The notes under the pieces are model-generated. The model was not told the DNA's origin and made no database searches. It saw only the letters and a list, made by a program, of their open reading frames with translations. DNA of 64,000 nucleotides from Iphione sp. A-MEVVRFRX5. Lineage: Eukaryota. The translations under genes and the position numbers were made by a program. Shown here piece by piece: positions 22,701 through 35,322 of this stretch (the first letter of the stretch is position 1; each line of letters starts with the position of its first letter). Location of the stretch: NCBI GenBank assembly GCA_976226885.1, contig OZ320313.1, forward strand, positions 112,282,001 to 112,346,000, in the 5' to 3' direction.

Positions 22701-23571
22701 TAAAGTAAGTTTGACTATTAAATTGTGATATTGTAACAAAAATGGTTAAATGCGCAACAGTATTAAATCTGACAAAAAGTTCAGGAACACACTTTTAAAA
22801 AAAGTAGATAAATGTTGGCTCGTTCTAAAACTCTTGTCTTGCAAATAATGATAAATATAATTTAAATAATTTTGTATTAATCGTGATTCCCCAAGGTTGG
22901 AATAGAAAATCAGTGGAAACGCTCTTGTTCTCCTGGCTTCCCATTAAATTGTTGTTTTCTTACATATATCCATCCTACCGCTGCATAAAGACTACTTCTA
23001 ATACTTCCCCCATACCTAAACATAATTTATTTCACAAAATATAGACATGTTTGTAAAGTGGGGGAAGGCCAACAATCTCAACAAATTCCTCAACAAGGAA
23101 GAGTAATCTATTAATGTCAGAGAATGGTTTGTCTCTTGTGCTGTTTGCAGTATTCTTTATAGTGTATATAGGCACAATGCACAGTAATGTTAGTACCCTT
23201 CCTTGTAACTCTTAAATCTCAACCCGTCAATAATTCCCCAATGTACTGCATCATAAACGCACTAACCCAACAAACTATTGTGAAATGTTTATTTATTGTC
23301 AGGGACGATTTTATACTAGATTTCTTGGCAATAAAAAGTAGTCCGGGTGCCTGCTCCATCGACAGCAGCGGAAGGATGTGGGCAAATTAGTTCACTGTGG
23401 TGGTGGTTTAACCCTGGTCTTAACTGAAGCTACTAAAATATACTTATTACCCTAAAACCCTTATCCGGAAGCGTTTGGTTTCTGTCCGGGTTGACAAATC
23501 ACCATTTAATATACCATGGCTTTCTATTTTCTATTTTTGCAGAATTTGCAAAACTGATGTGTGGAGATTAA
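16725..23571 (+). CDS. TnC: Troponin C (invertebrate/molluscan type, four EF-hands), 149-150 aa, six coding exons
   Basis: Exons: 16725-16727 (GCCACCATG|gtaag), 16998-17031, 18571-18714, 18984-19125, 19706-19806, then 23543-23571 or 22454-22479. All introns are GT-AG and phase-consistent. Protein: MSEVKLSEVQVKAAKEAFSSLDKRDENQIKVGDIATAMKKLGHNIKVDWLEKMEDEIDTEGTGYIQFEEFTGLLQRKIQEDEDEKELKEIFRVLDKEKKGEVDVNELRWILKNLGDDLTEDDIDDMIMDVDTDGSGWVDYDEFAKLMCGD. The FRVLDKEKKG..LRWIL..LGD.LTE..I..MI...DTDGSG.VDY.EF pattern is that of scallop-type TnC rather than calmodulin. Confidence 0.9.
17724..17733. promoter_or_regulatory. Perfect CArG box (candidate SRF site) in TnC intron 2
   Basis: CCATATTTGG matches CC(A/T)6GG and lies within a relatively GC-rich intronic patch of a muscle gene. 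A 10-mer like this can occur by chance. Confidence 0.35.
20262..20595. mobile_element. MITE family C copy 1 (Harbinger-like ends) in TnC intron 5
   Basis: TIRs GGCTTAATTTCCATGTACGTGTGTATC and GATACACATGTACATGGAAATTTAGCC. Flanks are TTA and TTG. Confidence 0.65.
22454..22479 (+). CDS. TnC: Alternative terminal coding exon of TnC (E-FHKLMMS*)
   Basis: Pyrimidine tract TCTTTCTTTGCAG acceptor, then AG TTC CAT AAG TTG ATG ATG TCC TGA. Same phase as, and homologous to, the 23543-23571 exon (E-FAKLMCGD*). Confidence 0.65.
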
Positions 23572-26284
23572 AATGATCACTCACATGAACCCAGGACACT
23601 CTAAGAGTATGTTCCCAAATATGTTCCTCCGTGGGGAAGAAAGAACCGTCAACTCGTCCATTGTAAATGACACACTTTGGCCATTATTCCTTTCCTTTTG
23701 TCAACTGTGCAATTCCACGATATTTCGACCCCCCATGGAGTTATAATTCACGTCCTTTCGAGATAGGAATCTGGTGTGCAGAAATGGGACCCAACTTTAA
23801 TACATATTCAGCTCTCTGAAAGGAAACTGGTTGAAGGTTGTGTCTACATTAAACCACCTTCACATTGTTAAACGTAAAACCATTAACCTAAATAACGTGA
23901 AATAACTTTATCTAAACACGCACCCTATTCATTTTAAACACGCGCCTTTACATGGCTTGATGTTATAAGCCCATCCAAACTTAGATTTCATTGCCCGTTA
24001 GCAGCAGCCTCATTCATTACGTCATGTGTCTTGTCGTTTCATTCGTTTAAAATCATGTACAGAGAAGTATTACATATAATATTGTAGCCGGAAAGAAGAA
24101 GCAAGTACAATACCATTTTAGATTGTCATGATTGCTTTTAATCGTGATCTTTTTGTAGAGATCTTAGGAGAAGCAAATTTACACATATGTATATTGTATG
24201 TGCGGGGAATGGGAGACTCAATGAATGTTTTGTCGTTACTGGTGTTGTTATGGAACTACGCTAAGAGAACAGCGAACCATCGATATGAAAAATGAACGAA
24301 ATCCACTGTGTTGCCATAGTCACAATTTTATACAACTCTGTACTTAGCGTTCCACCTTCAGCATCAAAGGCGCTTTGAATGTGTGAAACATGGACGATCT
24401 GAATAAAAGTGTATAAAAATACTCTTCTTGTTTCACTTATCAAAAACTAAATCTGCACGGTACAGTATCTATCATCATTTTTAATGTAATGACAATGAAT
24501 ATACATACATGTACATGTATAGGAAAATGGCTATCGGGAAGGCCTGCCTGCATAACTGACAGAGGTAAATCGGAGTATCATTTTCCTCTATATCTATTCA
24601 GACTTTTTTTTTCGTTCGTAATAGTTCCTCTGTCCTTCCACTTAAAGAGTTCTTCTGTCCCCACAACAAAAATACATAGGAGGCGATTGGCACCTTTAAG
24701 ATATTAGGACTTTCCTGTCTGCGTATTGAATTATTCTCGTATATCTTTTACACTTGTTTAAATTTTGGAGCAACAGTATATATCGCACAGTAGATATTGA
24801 CTACAGTAGAATCTTGGTATTAGGCCAACCTAGAACACCTTTATAATTCAGACAGATTTCGTCAGACCCAATGCTGTTATCTATGGCTTATTTATATCTC
24901 AAAACTGGGGACACGTCTTAAATGGAGACAGTTTTACTGGGAACCAAGAGTGTCCCCAGTGCTGAGGTTTACCATATTTTATACAATGGACTATTCCATA
25001 TACACTGCAAATAATTATCTATGTCACCATATCCATGTTTCGTGTGAAATCTATTTGTTTTAGCATACATCCACAAATGACTGAAATATGCTCAATGACC
25101 TGTTCCGGTTGCGATCAATGTGACCTGAATAAAATGCCTAAATTCAGCAAATCTGACATGGGTTTTTGAAACTTTCGCATCCGTCAAGAAAATAGACAAA
25201 GATTCTGCACTGTGGGTTCCCTAACAGCCGCCAAGAGAACTAAAAGAGAAAGGGAAAAACACAAGAAAAGAAAGGGACTGATAAATCAGAATATATGTAT
25301 ACAGGGACTATGAAATAAAAATAGAAACACATAGTTTAACCAGTGATTCAAACTACATTGCGTAGGTTATCTATTTATTTATTGACTTGTTTCATGAAAT
25401 TTCCTTTTTAATCAACTTTTCCTTTTGTTATTAACTTATTTCGCAGGAAGATCTTAATTTATTTGTGTACACAGAGAACGGAATAAACTGATTTCAATTT
25501 TATTTTCAAGATGATAACTCGTATATAACCCATACTGTTGTTGGAGATTATAATGCCACAATGAAATGTCATCTTTAGTTTCAATTATATTTTGAACGAA
25601 TCTTTCTCATCTGTTCATCATGTTCGATTTTTTCTCCGTTACCCAACTGTGATCAGTTGAGTGGAACAAAAAGAAAAAACATGATTAGACAAACAAAATT
25701 ACAATTAATATACACATCGGGTGGTGTTCTTGTACATGCACATATATGTGCAGACTTCAGCTTTATTACAGTCAACGTTGATTTGTTTGATCCTTTCTAA
25801 AGAGGTAGACTTTGCGCTGTGCAGAGTTCACCAGAGATGGATAAAACATGAACAGTGACTGGAAACGCCGACTCGTAACGGAAACAAAGTATCACAGTAC
25901 TTACCTCTACAATGCCCCATACTGATACTTAGTTCACCATTTGGCTGTTGCTCTATCATATACCGGCAGATAGGTTGTCCTTGATTCTCGAACAAGTTCT
26001 GCCCAGAGTTGCGTGGCCATAATTTCGTGGGAAGAAAATATCTTAAGCCCTATCCCCATGGATGCGAAACTTCCGCACCCGCCACTCTGTGCGTGGAGAG
26101 CGGGAGGTCCGGTCCAGGCAATTAACATACCGGTACATGTAGATGTATGTATGTGTGCTACCCGTACCCGCCACCTGGTGCGTGCAAACCGATCCACGTT
26201 GGTCCGGTCCACCCGGACCCTGCCACTCTGTGCAGGCTGACAATAGTACTGATATAGTACTGAATAGTCCTAAATTCGACTTTT

Positions 26285-26460
26285 TTGGGACTTTCTCCAT
26301 GGAATTTGCCACAATCTCCATGAAATAGCCATTTATCGGGACTTCCTCCATGGAATTTGCCACAGTCTCCATGGTATTTGCCACAATCTCCATGAAATAA
26401 CTGTTTTTCGGGACTTTCTCCATGGAATTTGCCACAATCTCCATGAAATAGTAGTTCTTC
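26285..26460. repeat. Imperfect tandem repeats of CTCCATGGAATTTGCCACAATCTCCATGAAATA
   Basis: Three to four copies are visible. They explain the repetitive MEIVANSME ORF at 26043-26474. Confidence 0.75.
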
Positions 26461-28457
26461 AGCATTTTCGCCATGAAGTTTGCCTTTTCTTAAAATAGAT
26501 TATGTACTATATTTTATATATTAGAATATGTCTATGACATCCAGCGCATTGTGCATAGTTCGCATACATGGGGATAAGCCTCACCACCTGTTGCGGGGAG
26601 GTCCAGGCTGCATGCATCACGCCACAGTTTGTGAGCGGATATTTCGTGTCCATGGGGATAGTGCTTTATACGAAACGATATATTTCTGATATAGCATTCA
26701 ATTCGAGGCCATGTTGCCTTCCATTTCACGGACACCGAGGGAATATTTTGAATGTGAGATAGAATTAAATATTCCTTGATATTGCTCACGAGGTGATGGA
26801 GCATCTCACTCGAAATAAACAGTGCTCCGATACATCGGCAGGTTAAGACCCATTTGCCATTCTTTTGCATACAATGGGGACAGAGTTGAGGAGGTCTATA
26901 ATGGCACGGAGAGTGGTGTGAAAAAAATCCTATCTGTCTCGGGTCTAAAAGTTAAGGACATACAAGTGGCGCATGAGTGAAAAATGCTACTAAATCACCG
27001 TAGCGTTGCAGGCATGGTCATAGCTCGGACGTGAGCATTAGTTTAATATATTACTGTGCGTCAAGCCGTTACGTTATAAATCCAATTGTTATCGAGGTGT
27101 CACAAAACACCCGTAATCTATTGAGCAGGTTATCAGCGTGTCATATTAATCATCCTTTCTATCTCTGTAGTATTACGTATGAACTATACTACATCAATTT
27201 CATTTTTTAACATACTTGATAGACACCCTTAACGTACCGGAGAGTATTTACTTAGACTTCCATTTCCAAAAGAGGAATGTCATTATATTCGGCGATTAGA
27301 TACACGCTTTATCCTTAAACAAACAAGGGCACGCACATAAAACAATTACAAGGCATTGGTTATGAGCGAATATTGTGTACTTGCAATTGGAATTATCCAC
27401 ATTAAGACATTTACTTCAATAGTTGTCTTAATTGTCAGAGGTAAAAAATGGGTACCTGACCTTTGAAAACCCTAGTGTCTATATGTACTTATCCATAGGT
27501 CAAAACATAACAGGAGATAAATTACTGATACGGAAATAGTGATATCGTGAATATGGAATATAGATGTAATGACAAGCTTTCAAATATCATAAATCTACTA
27601 AATAGTTTAGCGAATATCAGCTTTCCATAATTCTTTTACATAAAATGTTTACAGTCAGCAGCGTGACATTTAGTAATAACAAGACCAGGGCAGTGTCATC
27701 TCCAGCTGCCAAAAAAAGAACAATGGAAATGATTACACTATATCTCCATTTGTATATTACTTGACTGATGAGACGGCTAAATGCAACTATATTATAATAA
27801 TGAGATATATTCTATGAAGAAAACTGGGCCCTTCAAAATCTTCACAAAAAAGGTACGAAGGGATGTGTCGCCTTAAGAACACAAACACAAACTCATCACT
27901 GTCAGGAGGATACGGCATTACTTCTATTTAAGTGTTGTTTTTTTTACAAATCTTAAAATAACCTCTCATTCACACTCACTGTATTTGTCTAAGCTTAGGG
28001 TGAATTAGAAAGCAACGTACTACTGTATATTTTAGAGAGGACATTATATGATTTTAAAGACCGTAGCCACATGGGGTTAGCCTAGCAGATCACTTCGTTG
28101 CATCTCTGGTAGTATGATTTTAGATACATTGAATCCCCATTTTGCTTTCTCGTTAAGGCTAGAATTAACATCTGATGGGATGTAATAAATCTTAAACCAT
28201 ATACAGTAGCGACCCGCTTTCCGGGCGACTCGACCAGGCAGGCGATGCATGTCAACAACAGGCATTTCTGTGTAGTCCCAAACATGTTTTCTGTATAATC
28301 TAATGAAATAGATATTCAGAAAGGCAGGCAACCCAGGTTAATGGGCAACTCGCCATAAGACCACATAGTTGAAGGAGCAATTAACCCGGAAATATGATAT
28401 ATTCGAGCATCCTGCAGCATCTACCAACATGTTTTCATGATCTGTTTCATGGTATTG

Positions 28458-28672
28458 GACTCCTGTGGGCATGGGAACATCAGCAAACCCTATATCAACA
28501 CTCCCCATCATTGTCTGTTTGATAAAATTGATTTCTGGGCTCCTGCAGGCATGGGAACATCGGCAAACCCTCTAACACTCCCACACGTGGATTAGTGATT
28601 TAAACCTTAAATATGATGTCTGCAGGCTCCTGCGGGTGTGGGGACATCGGCAAACCCTCTACTAACACTCCC
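28458..28672. repeat. Three spaced copies of a roughly 45-bp motif
   Basis: CTCCTGYRGGYRTGGGRACATCRGCAAACCCT..AACACTCCC at about 28458, 28540 and 28627. Confidence 0.65.
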
Positions 28673-29949
28673 TAGCATATAAAATAGGGTAGGGGAATGG
28701 ATGTCCAGGAGATGTACATTATATTTTTGCAATACTTTTGACAATTCTTATTCAGTTGTGTGATGTTCTTTCATATTTCTTTTTCTTTTTCATTTCCTGT
28801 GATAATAAATGTACAAATTCCTTTTACATGATTTGTCTGTGATACTTTGGGGTATACATGTACTATACTATTATGAAATATTTTCCCACTAGGAGATGCT
28901 AGTGAGCTCATTCAGAAATAGGACCAACTCGCAGTTAAGACCATTTTGGCCTGGTCCCTTAGGTGGTCTTAATTCTGAGTTGCTACTGTACATCCTATCC
29001 TTTAATAGGGTTGACCTGTTGGAGGTAATATTTTCAATTGTAAAGTTTGGTAAGTAGCCGAGTTTGTTAACGCTGACTTGTGCTTTCAAATGGATCAGCT
29101 CTGAGGAGTCTAATTTCCTATTCATCTTCTTATAATGGACCGATCACCGGTTATGTGATTCAAGTGATTCTAAAGCCATCACACTAAACATCAATTACAG
29201 TTATTGTTATCATACGATGCCTTGAACTGCAAAACAATTCGAAATCATTTTATAAAAAAGGGCAATATGTTTCTTATACTCACTTTTGAACAAATATAAC
29301 CATTGGTGCCTATCGTATTTACATCCAGCTGATGAGATGGTCTCCCACTTGCAGAAATCCAATGCACGCAATTCTCACGTTGATTCCAAAGCTTAGGGAA
29401 GCGTAAGAAATAAACACCCCCACAAATACACTCCAGGTATCTATCATCCGCATTGCAATTATGATATTCACACCTTTTCACTATGTCAGAATAATGAAAC
29501 CTACATACAACCAAGAGGCACCACCCACATGTACACGTACCAATGTAAACAAAAGGAACCGTGACATTGTCATGGTTTAAAGCAATCTGATGGGCTGAGC
29601 ATACATACATTTTCGAAGGGTTCATTATTAGCACAAGTCTACATTGTTAGGTATTATATTTTAGACAATGTTTTGAGCATAGCTTACTGAGTTCCTGGGT
29701 TGTATTTAATAGATGCTCCTAATATAATGTTTCTTAACTTAGTTCTCTGTATTTATACATTTCTACTACTTTGTATACATCAGCCAGTATGTGATAGAGA
29801 TACTAGCTAATAGATACATTTTATCATTGCTTATATAGTCATGGCATGAGACACTTAATGCCTCTGAGAGTCAAAAATATCTTAACATTTTGTCAGGAAT
29901 GAATATATTTTTTGGAGTAAATATATTTTAGTATTCTACAAGAGGAAAG

Positions 29950-31470
29950 GAACCTTCTTGGGAACTACAGGCCGGTGTCCATCTTACCGCTCCCTGGCAA
30001 GATCTGTGAGTGGTGGTTCTACAGGGCATATTATGAACTTCCTAGAGAGACAAGAAGCTTTCTGCTCAGCCCAACATGGCTCGAGGGCTGGCAGATTGAT
30101 GGAGACCATGATTGTTGACCTGGTAAATGGGGCCGCAGAGCTACACAACTCAGGACTGTATCAATTCCTGTTAGCCTTTGAACTTCGCAAGGTTTTCGAT
30201 TTAGTGTCAGGATCCTGCAATAACTAAATCAGTTAGGGGTTGGTATGAAATCTAGATCAGTCATCAAAAGATATTTGGAGGATCACAGTCAATTTGTGCA
30301 ATGCGGGAATAGTTGCTTGACCGTCCTAGGTCTTGATCATGGGGTGCCACAGGGATCCATTTTTGGCCCTGGTGCATTCAGCCGAAGCAGTTAAATGCGT
30401 TTTTTGATTGTTGTCATCAGGATTAAGCCCCGATGTCAAGGGCCGATAGGCCCGAGGCAGAGGGGCTTTATCCTGATGACAACAATAAAAAACAGCATTT
30501 AACTGTTGTTCTAATAACGAGAATAAAATAAACTATTTAATGAACCATTATACACACTTAAATTGTCTAAAAAAGTAAATACAAAACCACCGCCGGGCTT
30601 TTACCCTCAGGATTAAAGTCCTATGTTAGTCCACTGCGCTCTATAGAGAACGTCACGACACGAGTGTTAGAACTTCATGCAAAGCTGTGCTATATGCAGA
30701 TGCCTTAAGTGTACTTGTCTATTCAAGAGATCTCCTTAAGTTCCACACAACAGCCAAGCAGGTGATACTTAATGTGTCTAACTGGTGCACCGGAGAGGGA
30801 CTAGTGCTGAGTGCTGAGAAATGCACATACTTACCTATCAGCAAGGCGGCAGGAGTCCCACTGGGCCTGCACAATAATAGGTGTCCCATGAAGATTGATG
30901 GGATAATTAAACTTCTTGGCTATGTAATTGATGGAGGACTGACCTTCAACAAGGTGCTTAAATCCTTAAAAAAGACTCTCTGGGGAGCCACTATTCGTAT
31001 TGATAGGGTCAAAGAGGTCCTGCCCTTAAGTGCCAGGCTTCACTTGTTTAAGTCACTGATGATGACACATCTCCTTCCATGCTGTTCTACTCCATGGTTG
31101 TGCTTCCTCCAAGATAGTGGACTTGCAGGTCCACATGAATTAATGCTTTAGGGTAGCAGTTCAGGTAGGGCAGTTTCTCTCCAGTTGTACTATATCTGAA
31201 CACTTTGGGATCCAGCGGGTGTCAGATATCATTGCCACAAGTGGTCTGAGAGCAATTCATCAGCAGGTCCACTTGGGACTCATGCCTCTGTTAAACCCTA
31301 CATCCACGAGAATAGGACAAACATTGCAATGTGTGATCCCTAGGGCGATGTTTATGAACACATTTCTATGTCACTGTATTCATATAACCTGATGTCTGTG
31401 TGTTGTTTATGTTAGTCCTGGAAAACACACTCACGTGATAAGATTAATACACTTTTGACTTTGACTTTTA
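29950..31470 (+). mobile_element. Degenerate CR1/L2-like LINE (RT to 3' end), interrupted by a hairpin element
   Basis: AQHGSRAG..LLAFELRKVFDLV, GVPQGSIFGP, then after the insert LYADAL..KCTYL..IKLLGYVID..LTF. Ends in a TTTGACTTTGACTTT short-repeat tail at about 31455-31469. Confidence 0.8.
30385..30675. mobile_element. Non-autonomous hairpin-type element inserted into the LINE RT
   Basis: Inverted arms of about 45 bp at 30388-30505 (CAGTTAAATGC..TTGTTGTCATCAGGATTAAGCCCC / GGGGCTTTATCCTGATGACAACAA..GCATTTAACTG) with an inner GGGCC-GATA-GGCCC hairpin. It separates the RT motifs QGS and YAD. Confidence 0.65.
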
Positions 31471-31699
31471 AAATACTATGTTCGTTACTATTTGTAATGT
31501 CACTTCTTTACTTGAGAATCTAAATAATAGTACTACATTTAAACAGTCAGACAATTTTAAATACTGATAGCAAAGGAGGGTGTATAAAAAGTTTATTAAG
31601 GATTCTATCTGTGATATTTCTGTGCAGAAGAACAGTGTTTATGACATTTTAGTTTAATATTGAAGACATAATTGTCAGGATGTCTTTTCAGGTGAATAT

Positions 31700-33260
31700 T
31701 CCAAACTATTCTATATTCACTGTCGCTGATGACCCTTTAATCTCACTAAAATGGGAAGAATGGCATGAAGAATTTGCTGCTATGTAAGCAGTTATGCTGG
31801 TGACAGAAGAAAGGGACAGATGGAACATGACACTTCACCACATTTGGCCAGCTGCCAAAAAAGTGATCAAAAGACAGGAGAATACAGGTGGTGAAGATAA
31901 GTATATAACGTTAAAAATGCATTGAATGGTGATTTTCTGGCAAAACTGGACTGACTATTTCTAATGAATATGCTTCATGAAGTGCAACAACAGATACTTG
32001 AGGCAATTGATAATTTTCTCAAGAGAACTGAATTCCAGATGGAGGACTTGTAAGTAGAATCTACAGCAAGTTTGAATACTAGTTCAGTCGAAACAGTCAC
32101 AAAGCTAAGGTAGGAAACCACAGTATCGTAGGTCATGAAGACAATTGCCGGGTCAAAATCATACCACCAGATAAACAACATGTTACCTATATGCAGTACC
32201 ATTCCCACATGACTGTGAGTGTTCAGCAAAGACTCAGATGTGCTGTAGATGTTCAAAGATCGAACAGTCTGGCTTCAGTAGCAAAGCAGAATAAGAAAAT
32301 GAAGACTGTGATGATCACTACTGTTTGACACATGAGCAGAAATCAACATTATCAGAGAAAAAGCATTCGGTGCGCTAGAAACAGAAGGGGGAACCAGAAG
32401 GCCAATACTATGAATATGGGCCAGAAATCAAACTAAGTCAACTACTTAACTAGAACACTTCAGTAAAATAGTCAGAGCTCCACAGATAATGATGATGATC
32501 GGTACGGAGATGTCATGAAAGGCAAGGCAACAATCCTTTTGAACAGTGAGACAGCAGAGAAACTCAGATTAAGTGTCCTTTGCACACATACACAATGTCG
32601 ATGCCAGCAACGTACACCATGTCGTGGAGGAACATACTGAAAGAATTGAAGGAATTAGGAAGATGATAGATATCCAGGCTCATCTCAACATCAATAAAGA
32701 AGTGAAGACCATAGCACAAAAAAGATAAGTACCATTTCATCTATGAGGGAATGTTGAACAGAAGCTGGAATGTTTAAAGGAGATGGACATCATGGAAGAT
32801 AACAGAGGCTGAAAGAAGAAATATCTGTGTGTGATGGCTTAGTAATGAGAGGGACATACTTGTTTTGCCAAAGAACCTGCATCAGAGAGCAGTTGATATT
32901 GCCTACTTAAGTCATCAAAGCTTTGCAAAGACCAAGTCCTTGTTGCATGATAATGGTTTACAGAAATTGATAATCTGGTGCAAAGCATAATTACCAATTA
33001 CCTTCGACCTGCTTGTAGTGATAGATGACTATAGTCATTTTCACGAGTAGAAATTCTCACCTCAGCATCCAAGGCTTGACACAATATTTATACATCAAGG
33101 AATACCCGAGACTGTTAAGTCTGGCAATCGACCACCCGTCAATGGAGAACAGTTTGTTATACTGGGAAAGCTATGTCGGTTTTCTTCACAGAAGAATCGC
33201 ACCTTTATGACCAGAGAAAAATGGGGTGGCAGAACAATTTATCTCTACTCTGGAAATGTA
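31700..33260 (+). mobile_element. Decayed Ty3/Gypsy LTR retrotransposon remnant (gag, pre-RT and integrase traces; RT/RNase H apparently deleted)
   Basis: WEEWHEEF (gag-like), VKTIAQK..VPFHL (pre-RT), EEISVCDGLVMRG..LVLPKNLHQRAVDIAYLSHQ..KTK (integrase zinc finger), IPETVKSGNRPPVNGEQF and IAPL*PEKNGVAEQF (integrase core). No LTRs were recognised. Confidence 0.7.
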
Positions 33261-34038
33261 GTTGTTTTAATAGGCAGAACAAGGAAGCGTAGGTTAGAAT
33301 TCTCCATAAAACGCTAAAACCCCATACCAATTTCAGTGAAGTGACAGTACTGATCAACTATAATAGATCGATGACTTTAATCAGTCTCGAGAGAGAGATG
33401 AAATTACATTTGATGATATAATACAGCATAATAGAACTGAGAAAGTAACTGGTATTAACTGGGGTAAAATTAATGTTTTATAGTAAACGTTTATTACTAC
33501 TCCAAAAACTAAAAGTTTACAAACTAAAATATAGTGAATGTCTAAAAAGATGAAAGACATTGGCAGCTCTATGTAATATGTTTGTCTCGGATATGTATAC
33601 AAGCTCCATCCTAGCTTATTAAAACTACGAGAAAGCTACTAGTCCGTCTGAATGAAATTTTAGTTCTTAGGTTATCCCAAAGTATTCTGTTAACAAATTT
33701 GATACTTTATGGATAATATAAGTATAGCAGGCCAGTATCACTGTTTATTGATCAATATTTAAAAAGAAGAGTAAATTAATTAAGATAAGATTTTATTATC
33801 TATGTCATAGTTTGATTATATGAAAACTGCTTACAACCTGTAGATGTAGAGTATTCCTTGCTTATATAAATATCTGATCTCTCAAAGTCCAAATGCTCTT
33901 CGAATTATCACACTATGATATTACTTGTAACATTTTACATGTGCATTTTTATGTTCTACTTCTACTTTGAGCCAAAATATGAATTGTAATATTCACGCTG
34001 CTTTCAGCTATCTCGTACAATAACAAAATGTCTGCATA

Positions 34039-34506
34039 AGGCTGGCTTTCGATGCATATGGAAAACGCTTCCGGAGTACGTACGCGGAAATGTGGAAAAA
34101 AACGAACTCATTGATTTTAACAGATGACCACCCATGTGTACGTGGTCCGTGGTCCGTGGTCCGGGTCCGGAGGTCAAAAACGAACCTGGGCCGTAAATTT
34201 ATCCATTTTCCGGACTCCGGAGACCCAGAGAGGCCAGTAGAAGAGGGAGATGGAGGTTTGGAGCAGGATAGACACTGTCTATTGTATGATAGATGTTGTG
34301 AAATATTTCATAATTTGCATATCATTTGCCTAAAAACTGCACAATTTCCACTGATATGCCTCAACCTCCACAAAAAAACTGCACAATTTCCACCGACATG
34401 CCTCATCCTCCACAAAAAACTGCACAATTTCCACCAATATGCCTCAACCTCCACAAAAACTGCACAATTTCCACCAATATGCCTCAACCTCCACAAAAAA
34501 ACACAA

Positions 34507-34557
<51 letters not shown>

Positions 34558-35322
34558 TGCACGCACACATGCACGCACGCACACACGCACACATGGAAAG
34601 CAATGGTCCGGAGCTACGGGAAAACTAGCAAAATTCCGGATAGCCTCCGTGCTCCGGACACGTTTTCCGTGTACATGGAACGCCGGCCTAATTTTGCTAG
34701 TTTTCCCGTAGCTCCGGACNNNNNNNNNNNNNNNNNNNNNNNNNNNNNNNNNNNNNNNNNNNNNNNNNNNNNNNNNNNNNNNNNNNNNNNNNNNNNNNNN
34801 NNNNNNNNNNNNNNNNNNNNNNNNNNNNNNNNNNNNNNNNNNNNNNNNNNNNNNNNNNNNNNNNNNNNNNNNNNNGAGGTTGAGGCATATTGGTGGAAAT
34901 TGTGCAGTTTTTGTGGAGGTTGAGGCATATTGGTGGAAATTGTGCAGTTTTTTGTGGAGGATGAGGCATGTCAGTGGAAATTGTGCAGTTTTTTTGTGGA
35001 GGTTGAGGCATATCAGTGGAAATTGTGCAGTTTTTAGGCAAATGATATGCAAATTATGAAATATTTCACAACATCTATCATACGATAGACAGTGTCTATC
35101 CTGCTCCAAACCTCCATCTCCCTCTTCTACTGGCCTCTCTGGGTCTCCGGAGTCCGGAAAATGGGTAAATTTATGGCCCAGGTTCGTTTTTGACCTCCGG
35201 ACCACGGACCACGGACCACGTACACATGGGTGGTCATCTGTTAAAATCAATGAGTTCGTTTTTTTCCGCATTTCCGCGTACGTGCTCCGGAAGCGTTTTC
35301 CGTATGCATCGAAAGCCAGCCT
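34039..35322. mobile_element. Foldback / long-palindrome element of about 1.3 kb with TA flanks, spanning the assembly gap
   Basis: 34039-34491 is the near-perfect reverse complement of 34876-35322 (ends AGGCTGGCTTTCGATGCAT / ATGCATCGAAAGCCAGCCT, TA outside both). Inner arms 34606-34635 and 34690-34719 flank a 54-nt spacer. Contains a 35-36-bp minisatellite and (TC)n(AC)n. Confidence 0.8.
34720..34875. other. Assembly gap (156 N)
   Basis: Run of N bases. Confidence 1.

Noticed and set aside
16725-23571. Calmodulin as the gene identity
   Set aside because: EF loops I and III are degenerate and the sequence is far from the highly conserved calmodulin. The C-lobe matches molluscan-type troponin C.
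26043-26474. 143-aa ORF with MEIVANSME repeats
   Set aside because: It is a translation of a tandem repeat with no recognisable domain.
27761-27790. CTGATGAGAC as a hammerhead core (also CTGATGAG at 29329 and CTCATGAG..GAAA near 16065)
   Set aside because: None has a stem II closing onto a GAAA box.
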